Shown here: positions 24,613 to 40,869 of the stretch, piece by piece
Layout: the number at the start of each line of letters is the position of its first letter
How positions within the stretch are numbered: position 1 is the first letter of the stretch
Source of the DNA: Eledone cirrhosa
Lineage: Eukaryota
NCBI GenBank assembly: GCA_964016885.1
Contig: OZ024742.1
Coordinates: 172,918,001 to 172,982,000, forward strand
Length of the DNA: 64,000 bases
Direction: 5' to 3'
Notes under the pieces: generated by a model
What the model saw: only the letters and a program-made list of their open reading frames with translations
Told to the model about the DNA's origin: nothing
Database searches by the model: none
Translations under genes and position numbers: made by a program

Positions 24613-26525
24613 CTTTCACCTCCTCTAAAACTGTTTGTCTTCATCAGAAATCATTATTTACTATTGTGATACTTTCTTGGTGCAAGTAGCGCCGTTACTG
24701 ATTTTGCCTTAGGCATGAGATTACGCAACAAGTGCATATAACCATGTGTTATGAATGTTTCTATTGCATAATAGCAGTCAAGGTTATGAGGATGAATAAG
24801 TTAATGGGGTCAGCTAGACCTAAGATTGTGCTTCAGCTGATCATATTCCTCGCTATCTATCCAATTAATAGTTTTCGAAAATTTCCGAGCGTATTTTATA
24901 TTTTGCATTACTTTATTATCTTCATCTTAACATATTAAAAAAACGTGGGATGTCCTGTTTGTTTGAATACACAGATCTCCTCATCTAACCACCTTCTTAG
25001 TCACCTATTAGAACACCGGGATTTGGTTTCTATCTGGAGTGCTTGTAATAAATTGAACTTAACGCTAAACAAAATGTTATATATTGAACCTCCTCTTTTG
25101 CATGAACCTTTCCCTGGATCCTGAGTACTGGATACCTACGGGTCATTCTAGCTCGTGATAAAGACCCACCATAGAATCATATGTACAAGCGAGTAGTTTT
25201 TTTAACCAATTACTTAAATTGTTTAATTAAGTATTTCCTTTTTAAACAAATTACTTATATTATAATTATAATTATTAACTTTTCCTAACAATATACTTCT
25301 TGTAACTTCTCATAACACTTTTTTTTTTCATCTATTTACTTTTTATAATTATTTACCATGAGTTTTTCCTTTTATTGTAATCTTTTTACACCTATAGACT
25401 TTATCACAATAAATATATGTATAGCATTCAAGAGATTCGTCGCCACGCTAGACTGGTTTTCTGCTAGTTGTCATTGATAGCGACGCATATCTGCCCACGG
25501 CATGGATGTGACGCTGTGAAGCGCCCCTACAATACATTGTCAAGTATGTGGCATACGGAAGCCGTCTGTCACAATGATAGAATTGATCAATGGGCCGCCT
25601 TCATATCAATTCTTTCTTTTTATATTTTGACAAAAACCAGAAGTTTATTACTAAATATTTAAATATTTTATTATCACGTTACCGAATGTCTTGCGTCGTG
25701 ATTTGGTGACGTAAACCATCAATAGAAATACGTATTGTGCATTAATGCAACATCAAATGAATATATTGGAATTCGTCCTTTTATCACGGAAATATCTAAC
25801 CACGCGATACATTATCTATGGTGGATGATAGGCATGTTTGCATAACGTCGAGTGCTTTTGTTTAACTATTGATTTTCTACAATTATATTGTGCCTGTAAA
25901 AGTCGAATTTTTAGTAGTAAAATCGGACTTTTTAACATTAAAGTTGATAAGGTCTCTTGCTTAGCAAGGCATTCTATATTACTATCTATATTAAAGGTGG
26001 AGGCTAGGCATTTGGCTTCAATGTTGATGATATTATAAACTGAGTGATCTCCCTACTTTTTTCAAATGGAGTTAGATCTAATGTATATTACCCTCTTCTT
26101 AGCACAATCCATGCAGTCCACATACACAAGTTGAAAATCTTAGGTGAAACGCGTGTTCTCATGTACGGTTTGGTATTGTTGGGAAATTATCTTCCCTCCC
26201 TCTCTCTCTCTCTCTTTATATATATATATATATTGTATTGACAATATTACATGACCTGATAATTTAAGATGATGCTTAATGAAGTCATGTTGGTCGTTGC
26301 TACATTATGTAATTATTAATACAAAAATGTCTATTAAAGCTGATGATGTATTGATGTATGACTATCTATATCTTGTATTAGAAATCATCTCTATTGTATT
26401 GACACACCTGTCATGGACTACCGAATTTGATTTAGAAGGATACACTAGTCTTTCAGTGTTTCAACCAAGGCATGTCATTGTTTACTGATTGGAATGACCA
26501 AAGCTTGATTAGTCAACACGTCATC

Positions 26526-26625
<100 letters not shown>

Positions 26626-26635
26626 TATATATATA

Positions 26636-26695
26636 TGTGTTACTTTTCTACATTCGATATCTATATATATAAATCGAATGTAGAAAAGTAACACA
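26636..26695. repeat. Short palindrome around a TA-rich spacer
   Basis: tgtgttacttttctacattcgat...atcgaatgtagaaaagtaacaca. Confidence 0.8.
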
Positions 26696-26958
26696 CGAGT
26701 TGATATATATAACAACAATTACTAAAAAAGGAAAAAGATTTCCGCATTTAATATACCGGTTTCAGTATTATATGCTTTGTCAATTGCAGATATGCATAAT
26801 ATTGTTAACTTGCATATTTATACAAATAATGGTAATAATAATAATAATAAAAAGGGGAAGAAAAATTAATTTTCACATACATATTCAGAGTGGAGAATTC
26901 ATTTCTCTATCGTGGCTGTCCTTCCTCTGCTAATAGTTTGGATTTGACTATATATTTA

Positions 26959-27000
<42 letters not shown>

Positions 27001-28675
27001 CAAGCTACAATGTTTACAAACATTATACTATGATGCTTTTTAGGTAACATTACGTAATGTCAGCCTACAAATATTTGTCTAGCAAGTGTACCACACATGT
27101 CACACGCTTTTGATTAGGCTATGGTTTATACAACTTGTTATAAATATAAAAATGAAATTTTGAATATTTGATGACAATTTAATTGTTAATTTTTTTCCGA
27201 AATTGTGCTAAAATATAAGATATCTGAAATTTTAAACAGGAAAAACCACTCAGGCTTAGATCTTGTTATGGCGTTTTTCGCTAGTTGCATGTACAAAAAC
27301 GTTTTCGTTCTTTTTGTTTTTCAGGAAACTAATAAAATATGATCATTGATGGGTAAATAGAAGCAATAGGTTATACCGTCTTTGATGTTTGACTTTAGTT
27401 ATTTTTACTCTACTCCCTGTTGACTGCAGTTCCAATAATGCAGAACTTCATAAAACCCATTTACATATTTTATTTCATCTATATTATGTTACTCTCAGTC
27501 TTCTAATAAACAGAAAGAGACAGTATGTATTACTCGTCTTTTGATATTCTATCTTCATATGGTACACATAATTAGCAAAATTGTTTTCCCACAAGAAATA
27601 CTCAAATAAACATGTCAAAGAATTTTGTTTTGATCAATTAAGTGTAGGTATTAGATAGTAAATTTGATTGGTATTTTATTTTGTGTGTTATAACCTTTAT
27701 TAGGCACAGTGTTATATTATTTTAGCATTCAACCATTTATATACTTCATTCCGTTAATTTGTGACTATAATAACAAGAAAGTTTAATAAATAAACACATT
27801 AAATATTTCTTTAATTGGAACGAAATATTATTACTGTCTGTTAGACAAAAATATTGTTTATCTCCAGCCACACTAATGTGTATTCTCTGGTATTTATTTC
27901 ACAAGACTGACTGGAAAAAACTTTACTAATTATTTAGAAAGTGAATTAATACCCACAACAGATTTTACAATATCCAATCAGCAGAATAATTAAAAGCAAG
28001 TCTACAAAATGTTTTTTTATTGTTTTTAATAAAATACAACATAGAATCACCGAAAAAGTAACATTTGCTTAAGTCAATGTGAAAAAATTATAACAATCAT
28101 TTAAGTAACAAACACAATAGCGTATGGTGGAACGAAAAAAATAAAGCAACTAAGAATAGAAATCATGAAAAAGTGGTAATAGCATACAACAGATTACAAT
28201 TCTAAAAAGTATGAAGGGTTTAAAAAGTTTGAAAGGCAAACAAAACAAGATAAAAAAGATACCTCGTCTATCAAATCTAACCTGGAATCCATGCGCGATA
28301 TGGAGCTTATTGCAACTCAATAATAAACACACACACAACCACCACAAGCTAATCAAGAGCTACATATGTAAAACATATTTGTATTTGTCTTATAAGATAT
28401 CTTAGCTGAAATCGTGTGATTAAACAGATATTGTTTTACTTTGGAAGGGTAGCTCTGTCCTACAGCATCTACTTTTTGTTGGGGTGGGACAGAAGAAAGA
28501 AGAGACACAAAATAACAAATTAACCATAGTGAAGGTCACAGAATGTGTGACAAAAAAGCTTTGACAATAAAGAAAATACTTAACCATTCGGTTATTAAAC
28601 TAACCGAGAGGACATTTATGAGAAATTGAAGTGTAATCCAGCTGGGGTATTGGCAGCGTGACGCTCCCGAAGGAT

Positions 28676-28757
<82 letters not shown>

Positions 28758-28759
28758 CG

Positions 28760-29010
28760 AATGAAGAGTAACATGGTTTGCTGTACAATAAGGGCAATAA
28801 GGGTCTTTATTTAAAGTACTGACAATCGTTTCGTTGATAAGGTGAGTCTAGAGTTCGCTAATCGCTAGAAGTTGCGTTACTCGAACTCCAATGCATTATT
28901 TACACATGAGAGTACGTACTCTGATGTGTTGACCAGAGGTAAATAATGTATTGGAGATCGAGTTTCGCAACTTTATTGTACAGCCAACCATGCCACTCCT
29001 CATTCTTTAA
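28760..29010. repeat. Nested imperfect inverted repeats (decayed fold-back element)
   Basis: aagttgcg..actcga.ctccaatgcattatttac is mirrored by gtaaataatgtattggag.tcgagt..cgcaactt, with central palindrome agagtacgtactct. Confidence 0.65.
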
Positions 29011-29165
29011 CTATTATTACTCCAAGTATAACCTGCATAGAAATTACCTCGCTGCATGAGTATGGAAGCATCTTGTTGAGTCAAACAAAGCGTACGTCAA
29101 AACTATCCATGACGCAGAATACTCACAACCTCTAACTGGTTTACCTATAACGATAACTTGCTATC

Positions 29166-29263
<98 letters not shown>

Positions 29264-29850
29264 GTAAATATATATACATGTGTGTGTGAGAGAGAGGCAA
29301 AGGGAGACAGAGAGAGAGTGTGTGTGTAGGTATGTGTGTGTACGAGTGGTGTTTATGTGTGATAATTTACTGTTAAACAAATAGAAAACGATAAGATATG
29401 TACCAGATTTTACAAAAATCATATATTCTTTATTCAACATGATCGACTTAATCTTTTCACACTAGTGGCTCAGAACGACCGTTGTCGTATAACTAGAAGT
29501 AGTAAAAGAATATAAGTAAGGATAAGAGATTAACCGTTCAATCTCACTGTCTCAAGCAGTAAATGTTTCACGCCTCATATTTACATAAACGATTAGAGAA
29601 ATGTAAATATCATAGGAGATGGTACTTATTATTACTCAAAGCCATTAGCAGTGAAACTGGTAGAATAGAGCCTAGAGCTGTTAGATTTGTATCCAAGTAG
29701 AAATTCTATTCCACAAATGTTATTATACAAGTTGTCTTTTATAACAACATTTACGGGTTAAAGTAAATTTCAATTTCAATAACTTTCATCTATATATGTT
29801 ACAATGTTGGGTTGCAACATTAGAGGTTTCACACAATACATTATGTAAAA

Positions 29851-29903
<53 letters not shown>

Positions 29904-30017
29904 ATGTGTGTGTGTGTGTGTTCGTGTGTATGTCTGGGTGTGTATGTGTGATTGGAGACTTCAGAAGTAAGATTGCATGCAAACATATTAATGCAAGTTT
30001 AATTTAAGTATTTATCG

Positions 30018-30120
30018 TGGAGTGGCTGTATCGGTAGAGGGTCGGACGCCATACTTTGCAACAAAGAGTTACGGCCCTTGCCATTCTGAGTTCAAATCCC
30101 AACAAGGTTAACTTTGCCTT
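30018..30120 (+). mobile_element. 3'-truncated tRNA-derived SINE
   Basis: tggctgtatcggtagagggtcggacgcc...gagttcaaatccc...aactttgcctt. Confidence 0.8.
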
Positions 30121-31076
30121 GCACACACACACACATACACACACACACACGCACATATACACACACACATCAACACTCTCATCAGCTCTTAGACCAAGAA
30201 AATTGTTGTTCGAAGCTATTTTGCTGGTTTCAGTGCTGATGAGAATTTAGAAGTGTGTGTGAACTTGTTTTGTATATTGCTTTTCTACATTTCTTCCTTC
30301 CCTTCGCTTCTGTGTGCCAGGACCAATCTCCTTGATTTCCCCCCTTTTACTATTTTGTATATTTTATCTGCATAATTCCGAATTGTGTGTATCGTCTCAC
30401 TGCCGAACACGTGTTCCTCTGTCTCTCCATTGCTCTGTCGAACAATATCTTGTTTTTGTGAGCTGTGTACTTGCGCTGTGTTGCATTATACCCGGCCATC
30501 TGTAAGTGTTTGTCTATTTTTATTTATTCATTACTAAAATATATGAGGGACAGTATAATAATAGGAACACAAATGACGCAAGCGAGACGACGCTTTGCAT
30601 ACGAGTAAGGATACACATAAACTGGCAAGAAATCCAAGATGGGTAAAACATATTAGTACTCTATCAACATGTCAGGAATGTACACTCACAAAACAGATGT
30701 AATGTTCCGACAGAGTACAGCAGTGACAGATATAAACGAACGCAAAACAAAACTAAACAGAAAACATTAGTCGGATATCATCATCCCCACAACGTATTAA
30801 CTACGTATAAGATAGTGACACACAGAGACAAACAAGAACTAAACTAATAAAACAAGCAGATAGAAGAAATAAGCAACCAATGACAAGTAAATAAACGTAA
30901 AAGCAAATAAACAATTAAATGTATTTGACTAGAGAAATAAATAAATGAATATATAAAAGCAGACACAATCATACACACACACAAACCGGGATATAACGCA
31001 GCCCAAGTACACAGCTCGGAAAAACAAGTTGTTATAGCAGAGAATAAAAGAGAGACACAAAATAACAACAATGGAG

Positions 31077-31119
31077 GTCACTGAGGAGGTCACCGGATTT
31101 GTAACGAAAGAGATTTGAC
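31077..31119 (+). ncRNA. Decayed hammerhead motif
   Basis: gtca CTGAGGA g gtcac cggattt gtaac GAAA gaga TT tgac; stem III is mismatched. More decayed paralogues lie near 28530 and 38810. Confidence 0.5.
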
Positions 31120-31413
31120 AATCAAAAAAAAACATCCATCTTATTATTAAACTAACACAATGGGTGGTTATAATAAATTGAAGTGACATCAACAGGTGAG
31201 TGTGTATTTATTGGCAGCATGGACCTCCCAAAATATAACAATGTCTCTCTCTCTCTCTATATATATATATATAGTCAATACCTCGACGGCAGAGCTCAAG
31301 CCGTTTCGATAGATATTTCTGCTATTGCGTCCTATTACCCACTCTACCACCCAAAGTATCGAGTACTCTTGTGGGTTATGTCCACCTGGTTCCTTACCAC
31401 ACTTTATTCGTTT

Positions 31414-31738
31414 TCTTCCAATAATTTTAAGACCCGGTGGTATGCCCATACCCACGCTTTCAGAAGACCGGACAAATAAAATCAGACAACACTCGCCTCC
31501 TATATGTGGGACCTCAAAAGGAACTCCACCCACTTCACGCTTAAATGGAAAATATTCCAGAAGGGGTGCTCATACAAGGGAGGATCAGTGCTGCAACCTT
31601 TGTATCTCTGAGAGCTACGAAATATTATTTGCCAAGGGTCCGCTACTGAACAAATTCTCTGAATACTGCCCAAATTGCATGCACACACACTTTGAAACTT
31701 TCAAATACCATAAGCCAGTGTTAATGCCAGATGGCTAA
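31414..31738 (+). pseudogene. PLE GIY-YIG C-terminal relic
   Basis: SSNNFKTRWYAHTHAFRRPDK*NQTTLASYMWDLKRNSTHFTLKWKIFQK, then a frameshift to CNLCISESYEILFAKGPLLNKFSEYCPNCMH. Confidence 0.88.
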
Positions 31739-32037
31739 AAAAGAGTCCCTTTTTATTTTTTTTAAACCCCACTCGACAAAATACCCCCTCCACATCATTC
31801 ACACCCTACCCCTACACCATCTCGACCCGAAACACGGCAAAATGGTCATGTAAGTACTTCTTAACTATCTGCTCTTTCCGCATGTAGAGCGTACTTCATC
31901 TTAATAGTGTATGTGTGTATTTGTGTATATTTATGATTATATGCATGTACGTATTTGTGTGAGTGGCCGTACGATAGTATGCGTATATTCGTGTGTACGT
32001 TCGCTTATATGTGTTTACGTATATGTGTATGTCTGTG

Positions 32038-32132
<95 letters not shown>

Positions 32133-32782
32133 GCATGTATGTGCGTATGTATGTCTGTATATATATATATGTATATATATATATATTTGTGTGTGTGTGC
32201 GTATGTATAAACACATATGTGTATGTATGTGTATACATATGTGTACATATGTGTATATATGTGTATGTGTGTATGTACCATTATGTATGTTTGTTGTGTG
32301 TGTGCCTGCCTGTGTGTGAGTGCGTGTATGTGTGTGTACGTGCGTAAGTTAGCGACTGTGTGAATGTGCTTGTCGACACCTGGAATATATATTAACAGAA
32401 ACTTCACAATAAGGGGAATCACCCCAACACTTGAGTCTGTTGATGGAACGCTCTCTGCCTTTTTCACCCTTATTCCAGCCTTAAAGAATTAGCTTGTAAT
32501 GAATTTCACTTTTCTTTAAACCATTGAACCCCACCCATCCTGTAGACACCTGTCTTACAGGCATTGTTAGTCTAAGTGATAAACTAGGATTGGTATTCCA
32601 AATATAATTTTGTTTACAGTATTCTTCCTGCCTTTGTTAATACTATAGCTTTAAAAATTAGCTCTTAATGAACTCCCTTTTCTTTAAAACCTTCAACCAA
32701 TGACCTCCACCCATCCCAATCCCCACCCTCACCTACCACCAGAAAAGAAAATATATAAATACCACTACTTACTTGGAAAGCC

Positions 32783-32833
32783 AGCTCCCTAATGATTTCT
32801 CACGAATGAAACAGTGCTAGTCCTGTAGAAGCT
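32783..32833 (+). ncRNA. Hammerhead motif with G5A change at the 3' end of the 31414 PLE relic
   Basis: agctcc CTAATGA tttctcacgaat GAAA cagtgctagtcct GTA gaagct; paralogue of the intact HHR at 45932. Confidence 0.65.
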
Positions 32834-33029
32834 CCTCTATATTAAAACTGTTATACTCTGCTATATATTGAGTACCTTACTTACTGTGGTTACCTCCGAT
32901 GTAACCTGGAATAACTTATATATATATATATATAAATGGAAGTACAGCATAGTCGAAGCTGGAGCCGTAGCTAAGCCAAAGAATGCAATCAGAAAGACCA
33001 ACCAATATATATATATATATATATATATA

Positions 33030-33340
33030 TAACGATAGCTAATAAGCTTTAAACTAGTATATCGTCCCTGTGTCAGTGATGAACAAAAGGGCGACGATGG
33101 TTGCCGAGCATTGTACGGCGTAATTTGGGTTGTTTGTTTACAAACAAACCGAACATTATAATAAATGTTCGGTAAACCCATACGTACATATATATATATA
33201 TATATGTTTGCCTGTATGTATACATATACATACTACTGTACGTTTGTACAGATATATGTATGTACGTATACATACTTATATTTAGGTATCAGCCGTACTA
33301 AGAGTGATACATGAAATGTGTTTCATTCTTTTCCATTTAT
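33030..33340 (+). repeat. Diverged partial copy of the 470-bp HHR family
   Basis: gatagctaataagctttaaactagtatatcg...gtactaagagtga; starts inside a decayed HHR. Confidence 0.8.
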
Positions 33341-33724
33341 ACAAATATAATTTCAGCGAAATCATATTTCGGCGGTGGCCAAACAAACGAAACTCAATAT
33401 TCGAGATAAGCCGGCAAACGCTCAATGGATTAGGAAGAAACCAAATCAATTAACATGCGTTGTAAAAGCCAGACACGTTGAAAAGGTGGTTGTGAATCAC
33501 AGCCCACGACAACCGAAAAAACGAAGAAGCTAAACATATATATATATCATAAATTAAAATGACAGTATCCAAATATGTTCAATTTCACTAATTATTTATG
33601 CACATTTCAGTAGCCAGGATGTGTAAAAACCCGGCAATTTGTTAATGTGTGAATTGTGTAATAGATGTATACCAAAGGAATGATGGTAAACCCATTCCAA
33701 GAAGCTTTAAGGGAACAAGCATAG

Positions 33725-33811
<87 letters not shown>

Positions 33812-34289
33812 ACAGTATTGAAGTATTGAAGTTTGCTTGAAGCATTTGTTGTTTTGAATATCAGATATTCAAAACAACAAACAGCGGAGGACGCGTTTCG
33901 CACCTTTCCGACAGACAATCTTTCCCCGACCCCGGAAAAAAACCAGTTGATGGATGTGAATCCGAAATATATAGGGACAATTAAATCTCTCCCAAGGTAA
34001 CTCTCTCTCGTGTTCTTATTTTTATTTTATCCTTTATACTCTTTCCTTCATTCCTCTACACGTCTTATACACACCACGCTTCTCAATGTACACCCACATA
34101 CATCTCTCTCTCCACCACCGGATGTTGTTACCCGGAGATTTACCCATTTGCATTGTCGAGACTTGCAAACGACTTAAGGAGATACATATTTATATATATA
34201 TATATATATATATATGAATGTATGTATAGTATATTTGGCAATATACCGTATGTTTAATTAAAAACATGTTGAAGACCATACGCTATCGG

Positions 34290-35255
<966 letters not shown>

Positions 35256-35263
35256 TATATATA

Positions 35264-35305
<42 letters not shown>

Positions 35306-35670
35306 GATAGCGTATGGTCTTCATAAAGCTTGTTTATAAATAACATTATACTTTCTGCACCTCCTCTTTAACATGTGCGACACCACCATTCTACACTAAT
35401 ACATATCACTATCATTTGATAATGCATAAAAATGCTGAAGCTGGTAATAGACAATTATTAATCTATAAATAGATAAATAAATGCCATTGTTAAATAATAA
35501 ATCAATGAACTAATACCTTAACACTTCACACAAAGTAAAACATTGCGTTTTAATCATTTTCTAACCCAGAAAAAAGAGAGAAGTAAATAAAAAAGGAAAA
35601 CATTACATTCTTCTTCCTAATAATCGTCTCTTTCTCCCTGTTTTTATATATATATAAAAATCAACATCTA

Positions 35671-35858
35671 TAATTGTTTCTACTTTTGGCACAAGGCCAT
35701 CAATTATCCCAGTGCATTACTGGTACTTTATTTTATCGACCTCGTAAGGATGAAAGGCAAAGTCAACCTCGGCGGGATTTGAACTCAGATCGTAAAGGGA
35801 CGTAACTATGCTGGAAAGCATGGTGTCTGACCCTCTACCGATACTGCCAATCCACCAA
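35671..35858 (-). mobile_element. tRNA-derived SINE
   Basis: Reverse complement of the 1332 family, flanked by the direct repeat aatcaacatctataat (probable TSD). Confidence 0.85.
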
Positions 35859-37145
35859 TCAACATCTATAATGTTCATATATCTGCACTCACTATGCTGT
35901 AAGTTATTTCTGCCATTGTGTAGTTTAGCGGCATTTTGCAGGTTTCTGTCTCCAACGTATACTATTGAATGAGTTATTTTTAGCAGATTCTACAACAGTT
36001 TACAATCAATGTTTTGCTTAAAAATATGAAACGAAATTACTTGAAACATAATGTTGTCCATCTTGCTGAATCACACAACTTTGATTCTACTAATTCTTTG
36101 AAAATCTGCCAATACTAGCAAAGATTATCATATCATTGACTTTCTCTTATTTATTGTAAAAGAATAGAAAATATTTGCACTCTAACTTGGCTCTTCTTAC
36201 TTCACAGCTTATGTCTATGAATTGTTGGATTATTGGCAATGGAAAATTTCCTATTTATTTTTATTTCAACCAAGTCCTTTTATACTAAATAAAGATACAA
36301 AAGTGTTTTGGCAACAATACACGAATGTTATCTTTAGAAAGATGTGATGTTCTCTGCATCCTATTTAGTAATATTGAACATGAATTTAAAAATGATCAAA
36401 ACAAAATAAGTTTTCAGTATTGTGCAATTTTTGTGGAAATAATTTGAAGGAAAAGTGAGAAGATAAAAGGATATATTGTTTCAATATATATACAAGTATT
36501 TGAGGTTTGTTCATAGACATTGAGTTGAGATATTAGACAACTAGATACTAGTGTATAACCTAATTTTCAGCGCATCACCCTCTTCTTGCTCGAGGTAATT
36601 CATTCATAATTCTGTTCGCTAGGACCACGAGGCAACATCTCTCTGATATTTAGTAAAACATGATATGGCATCCTCATCAATTAATGTTTTTCTATAAGGT
36701 CATCGTATTTAGCAGGACAAATAAAATATATATTATTAAATATATTCAATTTCAAACGCCATTTGAAGACGGGTGTGTTTGCATTTCATTTATGATTATA
36801 TCAAATTATGTTAGGCATATGCACCTAAAGATACGTTAAAAATTCGCGCTCTTTCAATGGATTCACTTATCAAATCATTCATTTTGATAACGTCACTTGA
36901 TTCGTACACTGATGCATTCTTTTCTCTGAAATATTTTATATATATATCAAACATAAGTTTCACACAACACTGATTCCAATAACGATCACTATAGATTAGA
37001 ATATAATGAACAATATATCTGATGAAACGGCTTTACAATGTTTGCAAAAAGCAATTCCATTCATCTCTCAGTTAATCTACACATTTTTCACAACCTATTA
37101 AAAAATAGCTCCAGCTAGTCTCACTATAACCCGATAACAGACATT

Positions 37146-37332
37146 GGTGGATTGACAGTGTTGGTAGAGGGTCGAACGTCATGCTTTGACGTATAGAGTT
37201 ACGGCCCTTGCCATTCTGAGTTCAAATCCCGCCGAGGTTAACTTTGCCTTTCATCCTTACGGGGTCGATAAGATAAAGTACCAGTAATATACTGGGTTAT
37301 TACTGGCCTTGTGCCAAAAGTAGAAACAATTA
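37146..37332 (+). mobile_element. tRNA-derived SINE
   Basis: A/B boxes and core as in the 1332 copy. Confidence 0.85.
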
Positions 37333-37589
37333 TATTATTTATAAACATATTTGCTAGCAACTTATTACCCCTTTAACCGCATGATCACAAACCCAAATAT
37401 TATTAATATTTAATCAAACCTTTGAGAAGTGACATAAACTAAATATTATGGATTTTACTTCAAATGTTATCATATTCCTCGTTTGCAAACCAAATTGAAA
37501 GTGTAAGTATGAATATAATTCATATTCTCATCTTACAGCAGCACACATATTTATTTTATATTTTCCGTGGTCAGTTCATGCAAAAGATG

Positions 37590-37775
37590 ATAATTGTTTC
37601 TACTTTTGGCACAAGGCCAGTAAATTACCCAGTGCATTACTGGTACTTTATTTTATCGACCACGTAAGGATGAAAGGCAAAGTTAAACTTGGGGGGATTT
37701 GAACTCAGAATGGAAAGGGCCGTAACTCTTTGCATCAAAGAATAGCGTCCGACCCTCTATCGATACTGCCGATCT
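37590..37775 (-). mobile_element. tRNA-derived SINE
   Basis: Reverse complement of the family; inverted relative to the 37146 copy about 260 bp away. Confidence 0.85.
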
Positions 37776-38344
37776 AGCGCCCGTGCAAGAGACGATAATG
37801 AAACTTAATCCTTTAAGTTGACAATGTTTCGACTCAAACAAATGTGTTGATTACGTCAATTTCATTTTTTTTTTTAAATGACAGGTGTTGACACTTGAAG
37901 CGATTAATGCATAATATTCTAAATACAAATTTAGCCTTATGCTAAAAATGCTTGCTGTTATATCAATGAGCTTATGCCAAGCAGGTTCATGGTAGTACGT
38001 TAATATTTAAAGATAAGATAGTATTATTTAAATTTTACGATCCTACCGATGTTTTAGTTTTATTGGCTTGGACAAACAGATTGGTGTCTTTTAATGATGT
38101 CTGCAAGGTAAATAAAAAAACAAAGTAGTTTTAGACTGAGTGACTTATAGACTAATTTAAAATCCTTACAAGATATTAGAATAATCATTATAGCTAGACA
38201 TACTTATATCCTGTTACGACCATCTGCAGCGAGCTCATCATTGACTGAGAGATATTTTCACCAAGAAAATGAATCTTGTCGCAGCTGTAAGTTATACATG
38301 TTGATAAATATACACACACACACACTCACACACACACACACACA

Positions 38345-38396
<52 letters not shown>

Positions 38397-40089
38397 CACA
38401 CGCACACACACACACATACACCCCCCCACACACACACACAGACACGCATATATATATAAACAAACATATAAATCGAAAAGAAATTCGGTAAGCCTGCAAT
38501 TAGAAATGTATTTGCTTCTTTTATATTAGCCCGGTCTGAGTTTAAATCCTGCCGATCTTAGCTTTGTATTTCATCATATAAGCCCCAATTTTATCAAATT
38601 TACCCTTGACTTCAAAATATTATTTTCTGCCAAACGCAGAAGCAATTATACACAGTTTGAACAATACATATTTCAACTATTTCAACTGAGATGTGGTGTG
38701 GTTATGTGAATTGTTCAAGGTGTATGTGCTACGATATGTATGTTGAAAATACACTAAACCAAGGAGGTGTGAAACAGAAAAAAGGTGAGACACATAATAA
38801 AGAATTAGTCTCTGAGGAGGTCACAGAATGTGTGTCAAAAGAGTGTTGAGAGTAAACAAACAAACATCCTGTTATTAAACCAACAAACCGGAAATATGTA
38901 ATAAATTGAAGTGAAAATCATGAGGTGCGTGTGTTTTTATTGGCATCCCAAAATATAGCAACATATAAACATATATATATTTATGTATATATATATATAT
39001 ATATATATGCGTAAATATATATGTAGATATCGATATATCTGTATGTATATGTCTGTGTAAGTACGTGTATATCTGTGCACGTGCAGGTGTCTATATGGGT
39101 TTTCTAGTGGCTTTAGGAAATTTGATCGATAAAGTAAGTACCATGTTGAAAACGTGAATACGTACTGGTGTGGACATGATTGAATGGAGGACAGTTTCTC
39201 AGACTGACCGAAGTATAATGAATGAAACCATCAAAAGGATAAAATAGAGAAAGAAGAAACGTTTTCAAGAATGAATAATATATCGAAGTTTTCTCTTTCA
39301 TTGCATTAATTCAATATTCAAGAAGAGATCTATCTTTTTCTTAGAATTGTTTTTTCTTTTCATTTGAATGTATATAAAATAGAAAATGGCTTGAATTATA
39401 TTCATATAATAAAAAAAATAAACGTCACGAATAAAATAGTTAAATGCAGAATATTTTGAAACACACAAAAGACTTAATCTTAAGAAAAATTAAAATTAAC
39501 AATGAAAATGTATATGTATAACGAAACAATAAAAATCAAACATAGATAAATTAGCAAAGGAAATATTTCTTAACAAATGCTAAGGTGAGGCTTTCGTATA
39601 ATATAGTTGTAAACTTGCCAGAAGTCGTCATTGTAAAAATTTATTGAAGAAAAATATAATGATATTTTTATAAGTTTGATTATTTTTTTGTATTTATTAT
39701 TCAAAGTGTTTAATATGTGACTTACTCTCTACTCTAGCTTATACGATATGCATACTCCCCTTCCAGAATAAATGAAGTGATATCTATGCCAAATTATCAA
39801 ATGAATACCAGACCTATATATCAAGCATGTTTTGTTATACTGTAATTATTATAAATGAAATACAGATGGTATTTTTCCAAGAATCGAATAAAGATTTTTA
39901 ACCGAACACATAATGGGGCATCTCATGGTTTTTAAAAAAAAACACTACAGATTATTTTAATAACGTATGTTTCCCGGCGTTCTTACGTCCAGAAAGCCCG
40001 CCATTTGAGGTGGGACTTTAATATATATGTATATATACACAGACACACACACACACACACGGACACACACACACACACACACACACAGA

Positions 40090-40170
<81 letters not shown>

Positions 40171-40267
40171 GACGTAAAATAAGAAAATTATAAAAATTAA
40201 CTTACTTACTAAAATTTGTATAAGTTCCCTGTGACGACGCATCGCCTGGGAATTTAGCTGAGAATTG

Positions 40268-40351
40268 ACTTCCTGATGACGAAAGGCATTCTCCATGTTG
40301 TTCCATTCGGAAACCATGTTTATTCCCTTTCAGAAACTAATTAGTTGGAGT
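40268..40351 (+). ncRNA. Hammerhead ribozyme with extended stem II
   Basis: acttc CTGATGA c gaaagg...cctttc a GAAA ctaatta GTT ggagt; predicted cleavage after 40346. Confidence 0.82.
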
Positions 40352-40786
40352 GAAATTTTAGTAAGTAAGTTCATTTTTATAATTTTCTTATTTTACGTCT
40401 TTCATATAATTGTTCTGCATCCCCTTGCTTTGCACTACAAAGTTACTAAGACAAAACCTATATATTTGCTAGCATAGGTATGCATCTGTATATATATGTT
40501 GGTAGATATACTAATACTTTATAATTAACTCCAAAATTATTTTGTTGAGCAAAAATTTGCCAAAACTGCTACTATAGTTCGGCTACTGTCTTCTTAACAC
40601 CCCACTCCTCACTGATTAACCTCGATGTCACGTGAATGATTCTTTTGAATTTGCCACCGACCAAGTAGGCAGGCATTTTTTCAATGTCTTGGAATTTAGT
40701 CTTCGCTTCTTTTTTTCCATCCACTGAATTATTTTTGTATAAGTTGCCTGTGTCCACACATCGCCTGGGAACTTAGCTGAGAATTG

Positions 40787-40869
40787 ACTTCCTGATGACG
40801 AAAGGAATTCACCATGTGTTCCATTCGGAAACCATGTTTATTCCCTTTCAGAAACTAATTAGTTGGAGT
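40787..40869 (+). ncRNA. Hammerhead ribozyme with extended stem II (second copy)
   Basis: Same fold; predicted cleavage after 40864. Confidence 0.82.

Noticed and set aside
33846-33930. Hairpin plus gcGAAAcgcGTC on minus
   Set aside because: No CUGANGA half was found upstream.
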